From a virus, in the IMG/VR virus record IMGVR_UViG_3300027985_001729, positions 1 through 64,000 of that record: DNA of 64,000 bases. The stretch is one strand, 5' to 3'. Shown one piece after another: positions 1 to 9,076 of this stretch. The number at the start of each line of letters is the position of its first letter. Positions within the stretch are counted from its first letter, which is position 1. The notes below the pieces were generated by a model. The model was not told where the DNA came from. It made no database searches and saw only the letters and a list, made by a program, of their open reading frames with translations. The position numbers were made by a program, and so were the translations under genes.

Positions 1-37
1 GGTTCCCCTGCTCGCAAGAGCATAGACGCCGCCCGGT

Positions 38-460
38 GTGGATACCGCCACGCCCGGGCGACTGCTCCGAAACCCTCACGAGGAGGCTTCCGGCATGGGA
101 ACCGTTGTATCTCTGCATCGCAGGGGCGGCCAAGAACCGCCCCGTCAACGCCCGCCCAAGGGCCGCACGTCGCGCGCGCTTCTGCTGACACCCGAGGAGA
201 AGCGCAACCTCTACACCTCACTCCAGAACCTTCGCCGCACCTTCGGGTCATGGCGACGACTTTCCGAGGCCATGGGCGGGGTGTCGCTCTTCGCTCTCCA
301 GAAGGCAGCGGTCCACGGCTCACCCGCGCTGGCGCTCGCCGCTGCTCGCGCAGGACGAACGACCGTGGAGGCGATCCTCTCCGGCGCCATCACCGACGCG
401 GGACGCTGCCCGTCATGCGGCTCGACCCTCACCCAACGCGCAGCAGGGGGTGGGCGATGA
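38..460 (+). CDS. Small HTH-like regulator with C-terminal CxxC (start may be ATG at 95)
   Basis: LRRTFGSWRRLSEAMGGVS helix-turn-helix-like segment and RCPSCG; stop overlaps next start. Confidence 0.55.
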   Translation: MDTATPGRLLRNPHEEASGMGTVVSLHRRGGQEPPRQRPPKGRTSRALLLTPEEKRNLYTSLQNLRRTFGSWRRLSEAMGGVSLFALQKAAVHGSPALALAAARAGRTTVEAILSGAITDAGRCPSCGSTLTQRAAGGGR

Positions 461-702
461 GCGGCAACGGCAAGGACAGGGCGAACCGCCCGGTGCTCAA
501 CTGGTCGGACAAGGTAGCGGTCCACAAGTGGATCGTGGACCTGCGCGAAGACGTGCAAGACGCGCTCGCCGTCGCCGATGACCAGACCCGAGCGCCGGGA
601 GATCGAGGGCTCGGACGTCGGGCAGCTCGCGAGATGTACCGCGAAGCCGAGCACTCGATCGAGCAGCTCTTTGACGCTGCCTTGCGAGGGCTCCTCTCGT
701 GA
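457..702 (+). CDS. Hypothetical protein
   Basis: ATGA overlap with upstream gene and GTGA overlap with downstream gene (MSGNGKDR...). Confidence 0.55.
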   Translation: MSGNGKDRANRPVLNWSDKVAVHKWIVDLREDVQDALAVADDQTRAPGDRGLGRRAAREMYREAEHSIEQLFDAALRGLLS

Positions 703-1157
703 GGCCCACCGTTCACGAAAAGCGCCTGCGCGAGCTGGGCATCATGCACCCAGGTTCGACAGGATCGCGCCTGTCCCACATCGACACCCCCATCGCGGAT
801 GTCCTCGCCTACGGCTGGGCGGACGACGACGATCCCGCATGGGGAGCCGTCGAAGAGGTGCGCGTGGTGCTGCTCGGCCTTTCCGAAGCCAGCGGGAACG
901 AGAGCAGCATGCTTGACCGTACCCTTCGCACCTGCGCACGCCGCCTCAAGGCTGCTCACGCCCTTGCCCTCCGCATCTCGGACCCCTACCGCGAGGAGGG
1001 CATCAAGCTGGCGGCCGAGATGCGCGCCACGGCTCCCAGCCGCTACGAAGGGCCCGAGAGCGCTCCTGAGCCTGACGACGTGGCGCAGGAGACACAGCCG
1101 ACGCCGCGCTCCACGCCCAAGGAAGCCACGCCACCCCAGCGCGGCAAGAAGAAGTAG
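699..1157 (+). CDS. Hypothetical protein
   Basis: Coupled ORF of 152 aa followed by a terminator-like hairpin. Confidence 0.55.
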   Translation: MRPTVHEKRLRELGIMHPGSTGSRLSHIDTPIADVLAYGWADDDDPAWGAVEEVRVVLLGLSEASGNESSMLDRTLRTCARRLKAAHALALRISDPYREEGIKLAAEMRATAPSRYEGPESAPEPDDVAQETQPTPRSTPKEATPPQRGKKK

Positions 1158-1182
1158 CTCCCGCCTTCCTGCCCGCATCTCT

Positions 1183-1226
1183 GCCCGTCGCTCGCCGTCC
1201 AGGTGGGTGGCGGGCTTCTTTCTTTC
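1183..1226 (+). terminator. Rho-independent terminator
   Basis: GCCCGTCGCTCGCC-gtcca-GGTGGGTGGCGGGC stem (with G-U pairs) followed by TTCTTTCTTT. Confidence 0.6.
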
Positions 1227-1253
1227 ATCCTGCGACATCGCTTCACTGGACTA

Positions 1254-2075
1254 CTACGTGTCTATCAAGTCTTTCATGCCGCTTCGCCCGGTATTGCGCA
1301 CTCGATCCACAAATGCTGCGCGTCTTTGCGGGTTGGCTATATCCACAACATCATCCACGAATTGGTACAAGTCGCGTTCGATCTGCTCTCTGGATGATGT
1401 TGTGCCGCCGACAAGCATGTAGGCAAGCAGTTTCACCTTTTCTGTTAGGCGCTGCTCCCTGATCACCATCTTGTATGCGCCAAGAGTCTTGGCAACCTCC
1501 TGAGTATCCGCTTGCCAACTATGTCTTGACGGAACGATTGGCTCCATCAGGAGCAACTTGCTCTCGCCTAAAACATAGTGAGATATTGGGCCGATCGTCC
1601 TTGCCGCAGAAAGAACGCCACCACCTTGCTGTTCAGGGTAGAACGTCTTTCTTACGTATTTGGCGATTCTGAAATTTTCAAAGAACCTATAGCCGTATGT
1701 GGCACGGTTCGGCCCGCGGTAATGTTTGGCCTCATCCTCTTCTGTTACTGTGTCTACGCGCAAACTTGACAGCAAAGAATTTATCCAGGCTGTTTCATTT
1801 GTTACCGCAACGGGCACCTGTTGAGGGTTTCCCAAAATTGCTTGTGGGCCCATACTTTTAGGCAGACTGTCGAAGTCATGCACTTGGGCAAGATCATCCA
1901 GAACCATCTGGACTGTCGCCGCCGCTGCCCGACCACCAAGACAGTGTGGGCCTGGAATATGCTGCATCCTCAAAACAGAAATACCTTCATCCGCCTGTAC
2001 GATGGCAGCGATCGGGATGCGCCCACCAAGGAACGGATCCGGCACAAAATGCACAAGCCTGAATCTTGCGCTCAT
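1254..2075 (-). CDS. DUF3037-like protein (long form)
   Basis: N-terminal FRLVHFVPDPFLGGRIPIAAIV matches the DUF3037 start pattern; coupled to a HipA-like kinase. Confidence 0.65.
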   Translation of the reverse strand: MSARFRLVHFVPDPFLGGRIPIAAIVQADEGISVLRMQHIPGPHCLGGRAAAATVQMVLDDLAQVHDFDSLPKSMGPQAILGNPQQVPVAVTNETAWINSLLSSLRVDTVTEEDEAKHYRGPNRATYGYRFFENFRIAKYVRKTFYPEQQGGGVLSAARTIGPISHYVLGESKLLLMEPIVPSRHSWQADTQEVAKTLGAYKMVIREQRLTEKVKLLAYMLVGGTTSSREQIERDLYQFVDDVVDIANPQRRAAFVDRVRNTGRSGMKDLIDT

Positions 2076-2809
2076 GGCCGCCTCTCAATCAAATTGATGT
2101 AGTCCTTTACGATGCTAGGCGCGTTCATGCATCGAAACATGAGACCATTGGTGATAGATTGGACGTCAGGCTGATTCGCAATTCTGCACGCCTCTTGCGC
2201 GTATTCCGCAAGCGCACGCTTGTTAACGCGCAGCGCTTCGCTTGAACACGCCATTGCGGCATCACGAATCATGTCAACTGGAATGCCTTCGACCAAAGAG
2301 CGAATCGGCGGCGGCTCGATCCCGCGTTTTAATATCGCAGGCTCACCAATCCAGGACCATGAGAGATCGATAGAGAATATGCTCAGCCTGTCAGGCCCAT
2401 CCTCTGGCTTGAGTAGCAAGTTTGCGTCGTGTCGATCGAAATTCCCTATGATCGCGTCTATAGCAACGATTTTTCCTAGATCGTCAGGATTCACGAGGTA
2501 CTGTGCACGCGCTGGCGTCCAATGAACAACCGGCTCGATCACTTCACTCAGCCAAGACGTCGTACCATCCTTTACGTAAATAGCGCTATTCGGAGTGGGG
2601 ACTTCAAGAGCACCAGAAAGCAGCCACCCAAGCGCTTCCGCCAGTAATTCACGACGTTCGTGTGGAACCTTGCTGACCCATCGGCGCCCTTGCTCATCGA
2701 CGGTGTACTCGGCTCCCGTTGCGTTCTCGACGGGCACTGGACCGCTTACTGTAAGCGAATGGACGCTCTCGATCCTATTGGGGAGGAGTTGGGGGGCGAA
2801 CGGCGGCAT
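2072..2809 (-). CDS. HipA-like (HipA_2) Ser/Thr kinase
   Basis: WVSK, LLAEALGWLL..LEVPTP, DAIIGNFDRHDANLL and SIDLS motifs; true start near 2809 inside the 846-aa track ORF. Confidence 0.8.
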   Translation of the reverse strand: MPPFAPQLLPNRIESVHSLTVSGPVPVENATGAEYTVDEQGRRWVSKVPHERRELLAEALGWLLSGALEVPTPNSAIYVKDGTTSWLSEVIEPVVHWTPARAQYLVNPDDLGKIVAIDAIIGNFDRHDANLLLKPEDGPDRLSIFSIDLSWSWIGEPAILKRGIEPPPIRSLVEGIPVDMIRDAAMACSSEALRVNKRALAEYAQEACRIANQPDVQSITNGLMFRCMNAPSIVKDYINLIERRP

Positions 2810-3445
2810 GGCAGCCCAAGCGGGGACATCAGCAGACCGTCCCCAAGCAGGGCCATCGTATAGGACTATCCCTGGACTTGAACCAAATAAGTAGGCCCAA
2901 GACGTACCACCGCGACTTCTCGCCCTAAACCCGACCTCCATGTCTGACCTTGCGTTCAGTATACTTAGATACTGGCGCCGACAAATGCCTAGAATTGTCA
3001 CAGGTGGCCGCGAAAGTCGAGCAAAAGTTCTTGACTTTGTGATGTGTCCGTGCCCGAGACCCATCGACAGAGAGATCCTCAGTGGAGCGATCAATCCGTC
3101 GATGGATCGCTCGGTATCGCACCTTGACCAGCGCGTGCGCCGTGCCCTCTGCCAGCCCCCATACACCGCTCTCGATGCATTGACGGAGCGAGCATCCACG
3201 CATCGATCGACGCCTTTACGCACCCCTTCTGCGCGACGTAGCCCTATGACATCTGCTGTCCCACCTACCACGTTTGCCTTGTAAACAAGGCTTTTCTCGC
3301 ACTTCTGGTGTGGTAGTCTCAGGACATCAAACGAAAGCGCCCCGAAGAGACGGCAATCTCCCGGGGCGCGAGAACCGAGCGGCGGACCGCCCGACCCTGC
3401 AACCCGGAGCATGGTCCTGCCGCGCGAGAAAGGCAAGGGGCGACC

Positions 3446-4507
3446 ATGGCCAACGTGCTCCCGATGGGCACGCGCGTCCGCATCGTCGGCGCGCTGACGG
3501 AGGGCAACAGCATCCGGGCGACGGCGCGTCTGGAGAGCGTCGACAAGAACGCCGTGCTTCGGCTCGCCATCAAGGTAGGCGACGGATGCGAACGGCTCCA
3601 CAACCGCCTTGTGCGTGGCGTCGCGGCCTACGTCGTCCAGTGCGACGAGACGTGGAGTTTCATCTCCAAGAAAGCGGCGCGCTGCGAGCCCGGGAAAGAT
3701 CCCGAAGAGTGGGGAGACGCCTACACGTTCATCGGGCTGTGTTCGCGCTCCAAGCTCGTGATCTCCTACGTGGTCGGGAAGCGTGACGACGCGAGCACGA
3801 CTGCCTTCATCGATGACCTTCGCGCTCGGCTGTGCGTGGTGCCGCACCTCTCGACGGACGGCTTCGGCTGCTACGTGCCCGCCGTTGGCGCTTCCTTCGC
3901 GGGCAGCGGCGTCGATTACGGCCAGGTGGTCAAGCAGTACCGCACTGGCTCGCGCCGCGGTCCTGACCACCGTTACGAGCCTCCGCGTGATCCCTTCATC
4001 ACGAAGACGCCGGTGTTCGGTGTGCCCGACGAGAAGCTCATGAGCACGAGCCACGTGGAGCGCTTCAACCTCACCATGCGGCAGACGGTCGGCCGCACAC
4101 GTAGACTCTGCCTCGCCTTCTCCAAGACGCTGCGCGGGCACCGTGCGGGCGTGGCGCTGGGCATCGCGGCGTACAACTTCTGCCGCATCCACAGCACGAT
4201 CGGCATGACCCCAGCGATGGCCGCGGGGATCACCGACCACCCTTGGACCATCGGCGAGCTGGTCGAGGCTGCGTTGGCAGAGCTGGAAAGCGAGCCCGTG
4301 CCCGCTCCCGAGCCGCAACCGCTCCGCATGCCCGAAGAGCGAGCAACGCGCACCACCCGGGAGCTCCCCAACGGGCGCGGCTTCCTGCGCGTTGTCGAGG
4401 GTGGCCAGTCCTCCCCAAAGCCCTCCGCGCCTACTCATGCGCCCACCCCCTTGCGAGCTGCGCCTCGCCAGCTCTCCCTCTTCGATGGCCTCGACGATGA
4501 CTCTTGA
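3446..4507 (+). CDS. IS1-family DDE transposase
   Basis: N-terminal HTH (EGNSIRATARL), QCDETWSF, STDG, STSHVERFNLTMR..AFSK, YNFCRIH..TPAMAAG. Confidence 0.9.
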   Translation: MANVLPMGTRVRIVGALTEGNSIRATARLESVDKNAVLRLAIKVGDGCERLHNRLVRGVAAYVVQCDETWSFISKKAARCEPGKDPEEWGDAYTFIGLCSRSKLVISYVVGKRDDASTTAFIDDLRARLCVVPHLSTDGFGCYVPAVGASFAGSGVDYGQVVKQYRTGSRRGPDHRYEPPRDPFITKTPVFGVPDEKLMSTSHVERFNLTMRQTVGRTRRLCLAFSKTLRGHRAGVALGIAAYNFCRIHSTIGMTPAMAAGITDHPWTIGELVEAALAELESEPVPAPEPQPLRMPEERATRTTRELPNGRGFLRVVEGGQSSPKPSAPTHAPTPLRAAPRQLSLFDGLDDDS

Positions 4508-4557
4508 CAGCAATCTCCACCCCTGCGCGCTGGTACGTAAACGCACGTCCGCGCCCG

Positions 4558-4613
4558 GGGTGTATGTTTTTGAAAATGAGGGTGTATGCTTTTCGCGAAA
4601 GGCATACACCACC
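4558..4613. repeat. Transposon terminus: two direct repeats GGGTGTATG(T/C)TTTT plus an inverted copy, ending CACCACC
   Basis: Repeats at 4558 and 4580; near-perfect 30-bp palindrome at 4581-4610. Confidence 0.75.
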
Positions 4614-5993
4614 CAGTCCCCTCGCTAGTTGGTATCGATGGTCGTCTCCTTCGCAGGCATTCTTGAGCTCGTCGAGATCGTTCCAAAGCTGAAGACGATA
4701 GTATGCGTCCTCCGTAGGATCGACGAACTTTTGGCCGGTTTCTTCTTCGTAGATCTTGGGTAGCAGGTCCTCGACCTCGCGCTTGTCGACCATCCAGATG
4801 CGTCGGATGGTCTCGAGCTCCTGTTGTGTGATGAGCTCGATGTCGCGCACATGGTCTGGACCATCTTTCCGAATCTCAGTCTGAGCTCGAAGAAGGAGGC
4901 GAAGCCACTCCGCTCGGGCGTGTTGCAGGTATGGTCCGGGGACGACCTTTGTGCCGTTTGCCATCAGGGTGACGTGGCCCTGCATCCGCCTGAAGTCACG
5001 AAGGTGACGGTCTCCGTTCTCGTTCTTGCGGAAGTCGAGGCGATTGCGCAGATCGAGCAGAGGCGCCATCCATTCGTGCTCGTCTTCGTTCTGGATCATG
5101 GCGGTCATCGACTTGTCCTCCTCGACGAGAGTGCAGACCCAGCACCCGAACCGGCTGTTGCCGCAGCTCGGGGTCGAGGTGTCGACGACGAGAGGGCACT
5201 CGTTGTCATCGCTTGCAGCGCGATACATCGCCCGGAGCATGTGGTTGTCCCAACCCCACGGGTTCTTGACCTGGCTCAAGAAGAGCCACACGTCGTCGCT
5301 CGTCCAGTCTTCGATGGGGCTGTAGACGAGCGCGTTGCCACCTAGCGCTGCGTTCGGCGACAGGCGCTCGCGGACGCGCTCCGCCTCGAGCTTCTCCATT
5401 CGCTTGCGCCTCACGACGCTCTCGGCCTTCCTTGTCCCGAGCACGAGGATCGACCCCCCAGACGTGTCGGTGGTCTCTGTGATGAACTTGTTCGACGGAT
5501 CGATCTTGAGGCGCTCCGTGCACCACCTGAACTTCTGACGTGGCGCCGCATACCCGCGCCCGATGAGGTTCACCCAGAAGGTGTTCGTTGGGTCAGGTGT
5601 GAGGCGATGTGGCTGGATCGGGAGGCCCTGTGCATCGGCCTGCTCGCGCATCCTCTCGAGGCTCTTCTCCGCCCATCTGGCGACGACAGGGTTCTCGACG
5701 AGCGTGTCCGTGCTGATGACGTGGATAGGCTTCGTTCGGCGATCGTGTGGCATCGATTGGATGGCCATCCAGACGAGCTGCAACGTCGCGCTCGAGTCCT
5801 TCCCGCCCGAGTACCCAACGATCCACGGCATGTCGTCGCTCGCGTAGAGAACCTGGATCTCCTCAAGAATCTCCTTGATGATCCATGGGTTGTCGGCGAT
5901 CGACAGACGCTTCGGTGCCTCCGGCTTCTTCGACACATGGTCCACGAACAACGGGAGCGACACGGGCTCTCGGCGACTCTTGGCGCTCATCAC
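4614..5993 (-). pseudogene. dndC: DndC-like PAPS-reductase-family sulfurtransferase, 3'-truncated by the IS end
   Basis: PWIVGYSGGKDS, ISTDTLVENP, FWVNLIGRGY, FRWCTERLKIDP, ECPLVVDTSTPSCGNSRFGCWVCT, RDFRR, PGPY; homology stops at YQLARGL|GG at the element end. Confidence 0.88.
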
Positions 5994-6187
5994 AACACCC
6001 CGTCGATGACCATCTGCCGGTCCTGGAAGTTTTTAGCGCGGCAAGTAATCTTGTTGAGCTTGTGGATCATGTGCCCACGCTCCTCCATCGCATACTCGAC
6101 ACAGTTCGCGCAGTTTTTGTGGCCCCGCGGGCGCCCTGGACCTGGCCGGTTATGGCCTGGCAAAGGAGGTCTCCTGCGAGCTCCGTC
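5990..6187 (-). pseudogene. C-terminal fragment of the TGT/DpdA-like (DUF7221-like) gene
   Basis: DGARRRPPLPGH...HKNCANCVEYA resembles the family C-terminus; its stop overlaps the dndC start. Confidence 0.7.
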
Positions 6188-6563
6188 GCGGAGCTTCATG
6201 TCTTCGACGAATCTGAGACTTCAGATGCTCAAAATGAGCCTCCGGATCATGTGTGCGCGATGACTGAATCGGAGACCAATACAACGATGCGCCAAGTCCC
6301 TCACGCACAGGCACAAGTTGCTTGAGGCCGAACATATAGCCTCTTTTTTCCGCCTCTCGCCCGCATTTGGCGGCTGCACGAATCTTCGCGCTCACTGTTC
6401 GCTTGATGATGTCGCGCATCGAAGCATCACAGAAGGACAAATGAGAGAACGATGTGGCATGACGAAGATTTTGCCCGTCCCAATGCAAAAGTCCAAGTGT
6501 CACACGATCTCCAGAAATGTGTGACACGATTTTTTGCAGGAATCTAAACTCAACCTGCTTCAT
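6150..6563 (-). CDS. Second DUF3037-like protein, probably truncated
   Basis: FRFLQKIVSHISGDRVTLGLL N-terminus; lies directly after a HipA-like remnant; low GC. Confidence 0.5.
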   Translation of the reverse strand: MKQVEFRFLQKIVSHISGDRVTLGLLHWDGQNLRHATSFSHLSFCDASMRDIIKRTVSAKIRAAAKCGREAEKRGYMFGLKQLVPVREGLGASLYWSPIQSSRTHDPEAHFEHLKSQIRRRHEAPRRSSQETSFARP

Positions 6564-7038
6564 GGGACTTCCTCGCCTTTTTGTGTGGCCCAATCAAATC
6601 TGCGGCGTTACGAACAATCTGTTGCGCGCACTCTCTGCGACATTTTAGAAAATCTACGAATTTATGCTTATGCGGGTTCAGTTCATCTGGCCACCCGGAT
6701 GCAGCCGTATCAATTTCGCCATCCGAGACTTTCTCAAGGCGGGCAGCGATCTCTTCCCAGTTCGAGATTTCTGCATTGCGTGACAACGCATTATACATGA
6801 TATGGTGGCGAAAGCTCGCGGCCGCATTGATTACAGTCTGTTGCGCTAGATCAGAACCGCTAACTCCACGTCGATCAATCCCAACGAAGGCCGATCCATG
6901 GTCAAGCGCAACAAGGTGATCGTGAAACCAAACCGCATTGGGATTTTCGGTTCGACGGTCGTCGTGCCTAATGTATGCATCCAGCGCAAACAGTGCGACT
7001 CCCCACTTTTGTGTGGCCGCCTTGCCTTGAACCCCTTT
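6550..7038 (-). pseudogene. Decayed HipA-like kinase
   Basis: Frame upstream of the 6550-6798 ORF reads LFALDAYIRHDDRRTENPN..VALDHGSAF; in-frame TGA at 7039-7041 and no intact N-lobe. Confidence 0.75.
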
Positions 7039-7244
7039 TCAAGTGTAGATGCCAGCGATGCAACAGGACGGTAAGCCATCGAAGTATGGGTAACCCAGTT
7101 GGTCACAAGTGCAAGCATGGAGAAAAATGCCGCAAAGGCATCCCGCCAATGAAGGCAGGTTGTTTCTTGTGTAGTAGCATGCGCTGGGTGGTCTTCATAG
7201 GCGACGCCGGGGACCATTGAGCAAGCGGTCAAACCACAATCAAT

Positions 7245-7288
7245 GACTGCGGTCATTTGGAGTCGACTGCGGTAATTACCGCACCACC
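7245..7288. repeat. Second transposon-like terminus: GACTGCGGT(C/A)ATT x2 plus palindrome TGCGGTAATTACCGCA, ending CACCACC
   Basis: Direct repeats at 7245 and 7265; same architecture and orientation as 4558-4613. Confidence 0.7.
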
Positions 7289-7955
7289 CAACTCTGGCCC
7301 ATCCTTGAAGGACGGGGATCCAGTTGATGTCTGGGGCGAGCCGACGCAACGCGACGAAATTCTCGATGGTGCGCCGCTGGTGCTCGGCGACCGACATGCC
7401 TGTCCCATGGAATATGACCTCTGCGCCGTCGCCGAACCGCTCCGCCTCGCGCACGCTCGCGGCGAGAACTGGACCCGCCTCACGAGCCCACGCGAGCCAT
7501 CTTTGCAGGTCGATACGAGGCGGGCGTTTGCGGGGGCTTCGGCATATCCGGCATAGCCCTGCTCGGTCCAGCTTGCCCTTGCACGCTGCATGCGGGCACG
7601 ACGCCTGCTTGACGAGTCCGTGGATGACCTGCGGCTCGCACATCCAATCCTGTGGCGCGGCCCAGAGCATGCGCCCGATGGCGTGCTTGTATCGGCGGAC
7701 CTCCTCGATGTAATCGGCGACATCGACGGTCCACCGACCGTAGAGTTGAAGCTCTGTGAACCCGCCCGAGTCGAGCGCCCATGGCACTACCGCCACGGGC
7801 AGGCTCTTCATTGTGTGCAGCGTGCGCCTCGAGATGAACAGAGGAACGGTCGCATCGCGTAGCCACCCTGGCTTGTGTGTTCCAAGGAAGAAGCGATCAC
7901 CCCAGCATGATGTCGGGTTGACCTGTGCTCCGGCAATGTCGACCGTTTCTCTCAT
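7289..7955 (-). pseudogene. N-terminal part of a TGT/DpdA-like (DUF7221-like) deazaguanine DNA-modification-type protein
   Basis: FFLGTHKPGWL, PLFISRRTL, WALDSGGFTEL, WAAPQDWMCEP, SVAEHQRRTIEN, IPVLQGW, then homology ends at the element terminus. Confidence 0.75.
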
Positions 7956-8105
7956 CAGCTTCGTTTCTTTTTGGCCAGCTTGAACGCGCGACGCGACGAT
8001 CCATCGGCAACGACAACCTGGGCGACGCGATAGTCCTTCTTGTCGGAGCCTATTTTAGGATTTTCCTGCGCTTAACATTGAGGATGCGCACCTTTGCGCA
8101 TAAAG

Positions 8106-9074
8106 TCAACCCATGTCATGGGGCGATGCGTAACTCGTCACGACAAGTTCTCGGCGTGTGCCACGTGACTCAGCTTTGCGCGAGATGGTCGTTGGGGCAT
8201 CGATTTCGTGGATGGTCCACCGCCCGAAGAGGGCTCGGACGCGGTCTGTGTCGCCGTTGCTCATGACCCATGGGACGCCTCTACGGTCGAGCTCGAGGCA
8301 CACATCCTTGAGCCGTTCGATGTCTGGTCGTTGCACCTCGCGATCGAATAGTCCGACCTGCTCACTACCACCACGGAACCCACCCGCTTGATAGCCGGAC
8401 CATGTGCCGTCGTATGGAGGGTCGAGGTACACGAAGTCGCCTTTTTTGGCTAGCATGGCAGCCTGCTCGAAGTCGAGATGTCGGACCTCGGCAAGCTCCA
8501 GTGCCTTCGAGCAGGACCTGAGAAGGGCTGCGTCGCAGATGTTCGGGGCCTTGGTCCACTTCCCCCAGCTCGCATTGAACCGTCCTCGCGAGTCGACGCG
8601 ATGCAACCCGTTGAAGCAGAGCTTGTGCAGGAAGATGAACGATGCCCCCACCTTGACGATTGGCGCGTCCTTTCGATCGTTGTACGAAGCCCGCACCTCG
8701 TAGTACATATCCTCGGCCGCACGAGGATCTCCGGCGATGAGCATGACCATCTTCGAGCTCATCTCACCGAGTGTGCCAATGAGATCGTCGACATGATCTC
8801 GGACCGATAGGTAGGAGGCGATGAGGCCATGGTCGGTGTCGGAGAGAGCGACACGCAGCCCGCGCGGTAGCGCCCATCTATAGGTGATCGCTCCTGCGCC
8901 AGCGAATGGCTCCATGTAGGTGCCAGCGATGGCATCCGATGGGAAGTGCTTGATGAGCTCTTCGCCGAGCTTCCACTTCCCACCCGGCCATTTGATGAAC
9001 GGCCGGGCGACGGAGACGAACCCGACTTCGCCATCCGCGTCCTCGATAGTCGCTTCCGTCGCCTCGGTCGTCAT
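8106..9074 (-). CDS. Dam-like (D12 class) DNA adenine methyltransferase
   Basis: PFIKWPGGK, EPFAGAGA, CFNGL.R, FVYLDPPY. Confidence 0.92.
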   Translation of the reverse strand: MTTEATEATIEDADGEVGFVSVARPFIKWPGGKWKLGEELIKHFPSDAIAGTYMEPFAGAGAITYRWALPRGLRVALSDTDHGLIASYLSVRDHVDDLIGTLGEMSSKMVMLIAGDPRAAEDMYYEVRASYNDRKDAPIVKVGASFIFLHKLCFNGLHRVDSRGRFNASWGKWTKAPNICDAALLRSCSKALELAEVRHLDFEQAAMLAKKGDFVYLDPPYDGTWSGYQAGGFRGGSEQVGLFDREVQRPDIERLKDVCLELDRRGVPWVMSNGDTDRVRALFGRWTIHEIDAPTTISRKAESRGTRRELVVTSYASPHDMG

Positions 9075-9076
9075 GA

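Larger units (their letters stand above)
1..4613. mobile_element. IS1-family transposon with cargo genes; right end at 4613, left end not found in the window
   Basis: IS1-type DDE transposase. Terminus reads GGTGGTGTATGC on the minus strand exactly where the dndC-like ORF loses homology. Lower-GC cargo at 1254-3300. Confidence 0.65.

Noticed and set aside
2072-4612. 846-aa ORF as a single giant kinase fusion
   Set aside because: Only the last ~245 aa are kinase-like; the rest is antisense to the transposase and intergenic DNA
4431-5993. Intact DndC or a complete Dnd phosphorothioation system
   Set aside because: The last ~60 aa derive from the transposon end, and no dndA/B/D/E is recognisable in the window
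6846-7955. 369-aa ORF as an intact gene
   Set aside because: Sequence after LQGW is read-through into the inserted element, out of frame with the kinase remnant
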